A DNA stretch of 39,327 bases. It comes from Dimargaris cristalligena (taxonomy: Eukaryota). The stretch is taken from the NCBI GenBank assembly GCA_003614675.1, contig ML002352.1, forward strand, positions 1 to 39,327, read 5' to 3'. Positions 1 to 8,390 of the stretch are shown here, in pieces (position 1 is the stretch's first letter; each line of letters opens with the position of its first letter). The position numbers and the translations under genes were made by a program. The notes under the pieces are model-generated. The model saw only the letters and a list, made by a program, of their open reading frames with translations. It searched no databases and was not told the origin of the DNA.

Positions 1-47
1 AGCCAGGGTCATGAGGGCGGCCACCGAAGCCAGGCGGAAACGGCGGG
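1..47 (-). repeat. Exact inverted copy of 1196..1242, abutting a G16 run
   Basis: The reverse complement of 1..47 (cccgccgtttccgcctggcttcggtggccgccctcatgaccctggct) is identical to 1196..1242. A G homopolymer lies at 45..60. The copy may extend beyond the window start. Confidence 0.95.
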
Positions 48-400
48 GGGGGGGGGGGGGTTAATGCCGAACGAGTGGGGGGGAGGATATGGACAAAGGA
101 GGGAGGGGCCGCCATACCATTTACAGCAGCTCCAGACCAACCGCCGGGCCGGGAGGAAGGGGGAGAGAAATGGGAGAAGCGGGCGGATGAATGGTTCTCC
201 GAAATCTAGAGAAGGGTGAAGGTCCAGTGTGGCTCGGGGAGCCTTGCCACAAAGCAGAAGGGCTGATGGTTGTGGCCAACAATGGCATTAAGAATGCGAG
301 ACCAACACGGCGGATTAACTGATATCCGGTGATCTCGTCGCTTGGTTTATCCATATACCTTTCCGTTCGATAGAGAGGTGAAGGTCGCTTGGTGGCTAGA

Positions 401-441
401 GTAATAGTGGTGGTAGTAATAATAATAGTAATAATAATAAT
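401..441. repeat. Imperfect (TAA/TAG/TGG)n trinucleotide microsatellite
   Basis: gtaatagtggtggtagtaataataatagtaataataataat. It explains the poly-Tyr and poly-Ile/Thr stretches in the overlapping minus-strand ORFs. Confidence 0.85.
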
Positions 442-1131
442 CGCCATTATCCCTCAGGCGTATTGGAGGAAGCGAGGAAGGGGGGAGGTTGCCTATCCTC
501 GCTGATTTACCACCACCGCTCAACTGGTCCATTAATGCACCGTTCCGCCGTTGATTGACGAACTTCCTTCTGACTGGAACCATCAATTGGAGCAGTGGTG
601 GAGGGAAAAAGGCGCACTGATAGAGAGAGAGTATGACTATTGGGCGGGTAATCTCGCTATCCACCACTAACAATGCGGGGGGTTCGCCTCTCCTATTGCT
701 GCTGGTGATGAATAGAGGAAGAAGACAAGTAGCACAGCCAATCCAATACAATGCCTGTTCCCCTTACGAGAAGAGAGCTGCACACTGACTGACTGACTAT
801 ATATAAAACTATTCACTCACCCCGGTGCTGCAGGTCCGCGATGTAGGTTTTCTCTGTCTCTCCCCTATCTCCTTTTTCACCCACTTGAATTGTTTTCGTT
901 TTGTGCTTACTAGCCGTGCCCCCCCTCTATCTAATTAACTAGCTACCCCTAGCCCCTTTTTCTCCGGCCATTTTATACGATACTTCGGACTTTCCACCGG
1001 TTTGGTGCAACCACTCCCCAAGCGTTATCTGTCCCACATTCTCGGGCATCACCCACTTCTTCTTATCTTATAAGCCCTAAATATAGACCTCTGTCCGCTC
1101 GCCATTCGCTTCCCTATTCGGTAACAACACC

Positions 1132-1290
1132 ATGGCTTTCCAAAACCTAGACTACGCTCCGCTGGGCGACCAGCCCGGTAAACCCCACCCCAACTCCCGC
1201 CGTTTCCGCCTGGCTTCGGTGGCCGCCCTCATGACCCTGGCTACCGTCCTCTCTTGTGCCGTTTCCGTCTATTTCACCTCCCATTGGTAA
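1132..1290 (+). CDS. Short ORF or first exon of a type II membrane-anchored protein (MAFQNLDYAPLGDQPGKPHPNSRRFRLASVAALMTLATVLSCAVSVYFTSHW)
   Basis: ATG in CACCATGG context after a CT-rich leader, with C-ending codon bias like the conserved genes. YAPL (YxxL-type) motif, then basic residues and a ~22-aa hydrophobic stretch. It ends at TAA 1288-1290, which overlaps a GTAAGC donor at 1287. Downstream exons were not confidently found. Confidence 0.55.
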   Translation: MAFQNLDYAPLGDQPGKPHPNSRRFRLASVAALMTLATVLSCAVSVYFTSHW

Positions 1291-1426
1291 GCGTACTGAC
1301 TGTTGACATCATTAAGGTCCACTAGATGGAAAAATACGGAAACCGAGTAGTAGCTCCGCCTATATTTAGGTTATATCTCAATACTAGACTGGCTTACTAA
1401 ACTATAGTCACTAATAGAATTAATAT

Positions 1427-1559
1427 GGGAGTTCATACAAGCTGTATAACGAAAAATCCATTTGATGAGGCAAGTACTACTGGTTGAAAATAAACATCCC
1501 ACCAATGTTCCCATACACATATCGGTTAAAACCTTATATAACCAAGCTAAACTTCACCC
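1427..1559 (+). mobile_element. ~133-bp MITE-like insertion, copy 1
   Basis: Absent from the homologous site in the right arm (aataatatccagtt). Flanked by duplicated ATAT (1423-1426 and 1560-1563), with imperfect inverted ends GGGAGTT...AACTTCACCC. Confidence 0.8.
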
Positions 1560-1641
1560 ATATCCAGTTAAACCTAATATGTTACCCATGATCACGTGAT
1601 GTATAAATGACTAATAAAACCCTAACAATATAAGCTTTTTC

Positions 1642-1759
1642 AGTTGTGGCCATATGTCAGAACATGCTCCGTATCCCGTTAGATCTGCGAAGATAAGCTC
1701 TGATCAGCCAATTTAGTACTGAGGTGGGTGACCACTTGGGAATAGTTGGTGCTACAACT
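1642..1759 (+). rRNA. 5S rRNA gene, copy 1
   Basis: 118 nt. Helix I AGTTGTGGC/GCTACAACT, helix II TGTCAGA/TCTGATCA, loop C ATCCCGTTAGAT, loop E and helix IV TAGTACTGAGGTGGGTGACCACTTGGGAA. Followed by a T-run. Confidence 0.96.
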
Positions 1760-1777
1760 TTTTTCCCTCATTTTTTT
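1759..1777 (+). terminator. RNA polymerase III terminator (T6 followed by T7)
   Basis: T-runs at 1759-1764 and 1771-1777, directly after the 5S gene. Confidence 0.85.
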
Positions 1778-1992
1778 CTTACCATTGAATTCAGTTCATA
1801 TTGGACTCAATGACTTTGGATAACTGTCTTTAATCGGTGATTATACCTTGCCCTGGGCTCCTAAGAGTTTCTTACTATGGTTTTTACATAACCAGTCCTG
1901 TATATATTTTTTTCAGTACAACCTTTATAGACACCACTTAAACCCCACTGTATTGGTTGTATATCAGGATATAGTATAAGTTGAATATATTT

Positions 1993-2714
1993 GGGATAGG
2001 TTTAAATAGGCTGATAAATGAAATATCTACCAAATGAGGTATCAGCCCTCCTAATCCAACTTAATCTAGACCTAACAATCACTTGTCCTATTTAGGCCTT
2101 ATAGTGCCATATTAACCCTTCCATGGTCACCCCTGGTACTATGGGATCATTATTTATTATATAACTATTCTCCTTTTGACCCCCAACACTTTACATAAAA
2201 CACTTAACCTACTAATCCAAAGACTCTTCCAGTTCCCATGAGAGTCTTCCAGATATGAAGCCATCTGGTTGGATTCCTTATCTACCTATACCTTAGTCTT
2301 TGTAGCATTTCCCTTGGGACCTCCCTCTGGAGCTGTCCCTGTGTATATATAACCAGTCCCAAGGGGGCCTGGTTAGATTTCTTAGCTTATTCTTACCCCC
2401 TAGTTTACCCCAATAAACTCTACTATATACACTCACCCCCCTTATACTGGCTAGTAAGTGTGCTACTGCACATCCCTTGCATAATCCCATTGCCTAAGCA
2501 TTTATTGGTTAGTACTGTGCCCCCATCCTAATGCTAGTAGCCCACTTGGCCAAGTCTAAGCCCCACCTACTGATAGAAGCCTATCCTCAGGACTCTTGAT
2601 GGACTATGAGTGGTTAACCTGGGTGACATGAGGGAAATGCAAAAGTGATTTATTCATAAATTTTCCAATGCACATATCATGTAATAGGTTCTTCAGCTCA
2701 GCTGAATTTTACCT
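1993..2714 (+). mobile_element. MITE-like insertion, copy 2, split by a nested solo LTR
   Basis: Absent from the right arm and flanked by duplicated ATTT (1989-1992 and 2715-2718). Its 5' part gggataggtttaaataggctgataaatgaaatatctacc matches copy 3 (reverse complement). Its 3' part ttccaatgcacatatc...agctgaattttacct matches copy 1 ttcccatacacatatc...agctaaacttcaccc. Confidence 0.75.
2040..2628 (+). mobile_element. Solo LTR, family A, copy 1 (589 bp)
   Basis: Termini TATCAGCCC...GGGTGACA (TG...CA type with a 5' G>A change) and a perfect 5-bp TSD TGAGG (2035-2039 and 2629-2633). Internal TATATAA near 2346 and AATAAA near 2412. Homologous to 5981-6564 and 38359-38810. Confidence 0.88.
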
Positions 2715-2978
2715 ATTTGGTTTAATTCCACAAACAAAAATCGGGTTTCTTGGCCTTCTTTTTAGGAATTGAAAATAGTCTACCAAGTTTAATGGGTATA
2801 TACCACTTAAAACTACAAGCAGGTATATTGACCTTTTCTTTTATGATGGTCTAATTAATAAAATGATATTGACATCAGTCTATAGACTGTGCAATTGAAT
2901 AGTGGCAGGGTTTATCCACTATTGTAGTAAACTACATGTCACTGATTTTTCTACATGGGACATTCATGGAATATATAT

Positions 2979-3110
2979 GGGGAGTTCAACCCCATTGTGT
3001 AAAATCAAGAATGATGTGAAAACATGCATCACACCTAATTTGTATTAATTGCCAGCAAAACACCATATGGTAGATGGGGTTTCAATTTGCAGACCTGTTG
3101 AACTTATCTA
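2979..3110 (-). mobile_element. MITE-like element, copy 3 (opposite orientation)
   Basis: Inverted ends GGGGAGTTCAAC...GTTGAACTTATCTA with flanks ATAT and ATAG. About 132 bp; the reverse complement resembles copies 1 and 2. Confidence 0.65.
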
Positions 3111-3935
3111 ATAGATATTCATTTAAGGGGTTTGCCAAATCTCATGAAAGCCCAGTGACATTATACATGTATAAATTTAGCTGTCCATAGACACACCAAT
3201 GTTATTGACCAGGCCTACCCAGAGTGTGTTGTTCACTAAAATAGGAAGTGGATCTGAACTGTGCCAGTTGTGTTATACATGAGGGAGAGATTGAATTGGC
3301 CCATTCATAGTTGTGCTACCTTCTAACTAATGTAAGGCAGTCATAATAGCTGTCAGTTTAATGTGCCTGAAAACCTACCAAGATAGTATAGGTGAATTAT
3401 TGGCATGGTTTACTTGGGCATAGATCCGTATACTCAATCGGCCAGCCCAAATACTTTGCGGAGAATAAATCCGACTGAGGCTAAGATAACTGAACTGGTC
3501 GGCTCTAATAACCCGCCGAAAGTAGCTTATTGGACCTTTTATGCAAAGCCATTTAAATTTGCAGCGGAACAAGTGGGAGGTGCCCCCCTACCTTAAGCAC
3601 GTCCGTGGGTTTTGAACGGGTTGCATCTAAACCGCCTTCCGCCGTGTGGATGCATGTACAAGGCCGATTTATACTACCAAACTAGTGCCCTTCCTCCATA
3701 ACCAAGCTAAATTAAACGCCAAAGTGCGGCCTTAAACAGCCTAGCCATGCGTGTGGAAACAGTAGGCCACGTTCATTCCTCCATAGTCGATTTCAGTTGC
3801 CATTTCAAACACACGCATTCCATTTCTGTTTCCCCCTCTCATGGGTCTAGTCTTATACCTTCAACCACCATTCCTCCTAGACAAACAGCAACCTATACTC
3901 TCCGCCCACCAGCATGTCCATTCCGGTTTAGAACC

Positions 3936-5307
3936 ATGCGTCGCCGATATAGCCCAGGGTCCACCTCGGATTCCTTTGTTACCGCAGAGGATACCTCCCG
4001 CAGTTACTCCTCCTCCTCATACCTTGACTCATCTGGCTCCTCCCACACCTCTTCCGATCCATCTACTACCGCCACCGTCTCATTAGTGTCCAATGGACCA
4101 ACCGACCTCCTCTCCGGTACCAGCATGGACGAGGCGGCCTTCGATGGGCAGGCGTCGGTTTCCCTAACCGAACTCCAACTCCGTTTCCAGCGTTTGGTCC
4201 AAACTCCCTCCTCCCGTGCCGCTCCACTTTCCCCTTCCTCGGAGCTCCCGGAACCCCGCGTGGCGGCCGTAATGGTATATTCACCGTCCACGTCGCCTCC
4301 CAGTAGTTTGTTCATTCCGGACTATTTATCCTCCATTTCCGTGTCGCCCCTACCCGCAAGACCCCCGGGTACTCCGCCGACCTTACCCGCCTTGGCCAGT
4401 CTGTCCATTACCGACCCTAACTTGACGTCACCCTCGCCCTCGCCCCCACACTCACCCCCTCCCACACCCCGCCGGTCCGCCCGTCCTATGGAACCATCGC
4501 CTATCACACCATCCGCCCCGCTACCCTACACATCGCCACTACCACCACCGGTGTCAGCCTTGTCAGCGTCGCCGCAACCCCGGCGTCGGGTAATGTCTCC
4601 ATCACATCATACTGTGTCACGGGGCACGTTTTCATTTACCCATTCAATTAATCATTCTCCATCCACAATCACCCCGGTTTCCTTGCTATCGCCTCTGACG
4701 GAAATTCACAGCGATTACGGTGGAACGGTAAGTACCTCCTAATACCCAATTGGCAGCAGTAGTGGGGTCCGGAGCCCATACATTGTTGAAGCTGATTATC
4801 ATTATACACCACCTACGCTATGGCCAGCCTAGCAAAATCACCCAATTCAAAAGAACCCTAACTTAAACATAAATATACATATGTATATATCATCCCGAAT
4901 CCACTCTTCTCTAGATCCCTGACACTCACGTTACCAGTGAAGATCTTGTATCCTTTTTGCGTCCCCTTTCCCAAGTCAGCCGGAGTTTCTACGAGCAAAC
5001 CCCTCTTGAAAATGACGTTGAATTATTCCTCCTCAGACGCAAAATCGAAGAGCTAGCCCGACCCGACGAGGAATCAGCGTCATCTACTTGGTCCACCACG
5101 CTTCTGCCCACTTTAGATGGGGGGAGTCACTCCAACCACATTGACCCATTGCCCCGGTCATCAACGCCGGTGTCTATGATACCGCCCCGGCCGATTAACC
5201 CTTCTGCCCATCGGCAATCACCAGCTACCATGTCGCCGTATCGATCGACTACTTTCCCAAAAAACAAGCTGGTGGAAGCACTCAAGCGCCGTCGGAATAT
5301 GATTTAG
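3936..5307 (+). CDS. Hypothetical Ser/Pro/Thr-rich protein, ~394 aa, join(3936..4727,4915..5307)
   Basis: ATG in AACCATG context. Phase-0 donor ACG|GTAAGT at 4728 and acceptor CTCTTCTCTAG at 4914 join the two ORFs in frame. No recognisable domain. Confidence 0.72.
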
Positions 5308-5774
5308 AATTAAACTAATATGTTCAATATATATTTTTATAGAATCTTTAACATAGTATATTTATTTATTTACGTGTATACTTGCAAAATGGTCGCTGGA
5401 CGCATCCCCATTAAATTCCGAGACAAGGCCATAGGATGTAGCATGCCTTTGTTATTTACTATGCACATATAGCTTTGAGTGATATGTAAATGTTGAGCTG
5501 GGTAGACTATTGCTTCTTCCTATAGAATAGTCTAAGAAACCCGATTTTTCGAAGAGTTAGGACAAATATGCCCAGCTTATACATTATACCGATACCTACC
5601 CAGCCCAGTGGGATTTAGGTAGTAATTTTTTCAAGCTTACAAAGAACAAAAAAGAACTGATAATGTAAAAACCACAGTAATAGATTCCTTAGAGTCTAGG
5701 ACATAACAAAAACAGTAATTAAAGACAGTTATCCAAAGTCCTTGAGTCCAATATGAACTGAATTCAATGGTAAG

Positions 5775-5793
5775 AAAAAAATGAGGGAAAAAA
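5775..5793 (-). terminator. RNA polymerase III terminator of 5S copy 2
   Basis: A6 (5788-5793) and A7 (5775-5781) on the plus strand, matching the arrangement at copy 1. Confidence 0.85.
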
Positions 5794-5910
5794 GTTGTAG
5801 CACCAACTATTCCCAAGTGGTCACCCACCTCAGTACTAAATTGGCTGATCAGAGCTTATCTTCGCAGATCTAACGGGATACGGAGCATATTCTGACATAT
5901 GGCCACAACT
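5793..5910 (-). rRNA. 5S rRNA gene, copy 2
   Basis: The reverse complement is identical to copy 1 except one C>T (AACATG vs AATATG). Confidence 0.96.
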
Positions 5911-5972
5911 GTAAAAGCTTACATTATTAGGGTTTTATTAGTCATTTATACATCACGTAATCATAGGTAACA

Positions 5973-7351
5973 TTAATGCATATCAGCCCTTCTAATCCGG
6001 CTTAATCTGGACATAACGATCAACTAACCTTATTAGGCCTTATAGTACCATATTAACCTTCCCATAGTCACCCCTGGTACTATAGGATCATCCTATATCA
6101 TATAACTATTCCCTTTCCGGACTCTGGAGTTCCCACTAATCACTCCCGGGCTGACCTAATGACTCTTCCAGTCCCAGCAGAGTCTTCCATATCCTTACAC
6201 CTACCCAGTTAGTCATTTATCCCATTAGTAGTCTAAATAGTATCTTCCTTCAGGGACCTCCCTTCAGAGTCATCCCCTGTGTATATATAACTGGTCCCCA
6301 CTGGGACTAGTTTAATTCCCTAGCTTATTCTTACCCCCCTAATTTACCCTAATAAACTCTATATACACCTACCCCCCTTATACTGACCCATAAGTATACC
6401 CACTGCATATTCCTTATATAACCAATTGCCTAAGCCTTTATTGGTTAGTACTATGCCCCATACCTAATGCTAGTAGCCCACTTGGCTAAGTCTAAGCCCT
6501 GCCTACTGTTAGAAGCCTATCCTCAGGACTCTTGACAGACTAAGAGTAGTTAACCCGGGCAACAACACAGCCTGGGGATCCGGGAGGGTTTGACATAGCC
6601 CCACTGGGTTGAGGGGCACTGGACCGTAAGGAGGAAGACATTGGAAACAACCACTTAAGTGGTGAGCAAGGGTGAGATGGCAACAGTGAGGGTGATGGTA
6701 ATGAGGACTCCATCTCCATTGGAAAGACAAAACAGTGATGGAACATACAAGACATAATAAAATTTAACAAGTATCAATATTATTTGTGAAAAAAAATATG
6801 GAATAAATCAATAAAATTAGCCAATATTAACAAACTCAAGGAATCCCAGCTACTTTCAGCTTCACCCTCATGGATCCTTTTATAATTAATAAATGAGCAG
6901 GTTGTCTTAAAGAAGTATTCAGAAACTAGATTATACAACAATTTATTAAAAGATACTTAGGAGAAAATAATCGTAAAGAATGATAGGATAATAATGGCTA
7001 GGAAATCATACGTTGGGGTCATATTCGTGCTCATATTCGTTCTCCCTGAATTAGGGAGGAAAAAGGTAGGTTTAAATAAAACATTCGGATACGAAGAATT
7101 CTCGTAATCTCGCCGGGTTGTTCATGCGGTCACCAGTGATGGTTATTCATCATTAACGACCTCTGTTTTCTGTTATCGGACTTCGTTATTGGCAGTTGCT
7201 TTCCGCCCACGGTTTCAGTGGTGACGATGGTGTATATCGTTGAGGCAATGGCATCACCTCTGTCGTAACATGATTTAATATAGAAATGATCGTACCAGAT
7301 AAAATCGATAGAAAATAGGCTTTCCCCAATCCTGTATTTTGCAGCATTACA
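5973..7351. mobile_element. Probable solo LTR, family B (~790 bp without the nested family A LTR)
   Basis: Absent from the left arm (empty site ggTAACAtattagg on this strand). Flanked by TAACA (5968-5972) and TAACT (7352-7356). After removing the nested LTR the ends read TTAATGCAGC...GCAGCATTACA, an imperfect TG...CA-type inverted pair. Confidence 0.6.
5981..6564 (+). mobile_element. Solo LTR, family A, copy 2
   Basis: Collinear with 2040-2628 over its whole length, with ends TATCAGCCC...GGGCAACA. The flanks ATGCA and ACACA are compatible with a mutated ACGCA TSD. Confidence 0.85.
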
Positions 7352-8390
7352 TAACTTATTAGGTTCAACTGGATATTATTTCTATTAGTGACTATGGTTT
7401 AGTAAGCCAGTCCAGTGTCCAGATATAACCTAATATAGGCGTAGCTACTACTTGGTTTCCGTATTTCTCCCTTCCAGTGGACCTTAACGATAGCAACAGT
7501 AAGTATACTTTCCATAGGGGACAGGTTCATGGCAATTATGTTTGATGAATTATTCGCTCGATGAGACTGGTTTTACCGGGTAGAAATATTTTTACAATCT
7601 ATTTCAGCCTGTATGTTTAAACTACAACCCAATACAGCTATACTATACGTCTTCTTCGGGGTGTATTGGGGAACCACAGCATCGGTAAATATGAAATAGG
7701 CCGATCTCTGTCTCACCCATACAACCACCCGTTAGTTACTGGTCAACCCATTGGTGAATTTATTCAGCGGTATTAAACACACACTGATAGTGCGATTCCG
7801 TCCGGGAGAAAAATGGTTTAATGTATAGGATTCGCTGAAGGAAGCGGTGAAGTATATAAAGAATATAAAACCAGGGGATAGGTGAGAGAGAGAGGGGGGG
7901 ATGGAATAGAATTAGCAAGACGCTGGAGCAAGAGATGGAGCGCTGGAAAGATCGAGTAAAATAACTAGTATCGAAAACAAGGGAGGCGTAGTGGTATGAT
8001 ATATAAGGGAACTAGTAGGCGAGTGAGAGGACTGATTATATCTTTCGGATGTCAAACGAAGAGAGTAAGGTTGTGAGAGAGAGAAGCGCGGTAGATTATC
8101 ATGCGTGACAGACACATCCTAGAATTATAATCCAAAAAATGAACATGGGGGGAAATGGAAGCGTGGGGGTCGAATGGCTTATTTCATTAAAGGCCCCTCT
8201 CCCCTACACTTGCTGTAATAAATGAGGGAATATCGTAGAAATCCAAGACTAGACACGCCCAACTCGCCTACAAGTCAGTGGGGAAAAAGAATAATGTAGA
8301 TTTTGTCAATTGAGGTTCATTCCCTTCATGATTTGTGATTTTCAGTGACCCGTCGAATCGATTCATACTGGGTACTCTCCCCACGATGGC

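Larger units (their letters stand above)
1289..2832 (+). repeat. Left arm of the inverted 5S-containing duplication (core 1289-1426, 1564-1992, 2719-2832; ~680 bp after removing insertions)
   Basis: Aligns by eye to the reverse complement of 7357-7510 and 5451-5972, e.g. aaatacggaaaccgagtagtagct vs aaatacggaaaccaagtagtagct, and aaaaatcgggtttcttgg vs aaaaatcgggtttcttag. Confidence 0.9.
5451..7510 (-). repeat. Right arm of the inverted 5S-containing duplication (core 5451-5972 and 7357-7510; ~676 bp)
   Basis: The reverse complement is collinear with the left-arm core, interrupted by one composite insertion at 5973-7351. Confidence 0.9.

Noticed and set aside
121-751. Minus-strand ORFs of 108 and 134 aa
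   Set aside because: They are inflated by a trinucleotide microsatellite and have no recognisable domain. A real first exon cannot be excluded but is unsupported.
1591-1600. Palindrome ATCACGTGAT (CACGTG box) upstream of 5S copy 1
   Set aside because: It is mutated to ATTACGTGAT in copy 2, so there is no evidence that it is a required site.
2293-2490. Short ORF in LTR-A (and 6509-6770 nearby) as gag/pol remnants
   Set aside because: No retroelement motifs, and the frames are not preserved between LTR copies.
2850-3215. Weak inverted similarity between about 2850-2950 and 3140-3215 around MITE copy 3
   Set aside because: Only short patches match (tgtcactg, gtctatagac/gtctatggac). Too degenerate to call without a computed alignment.
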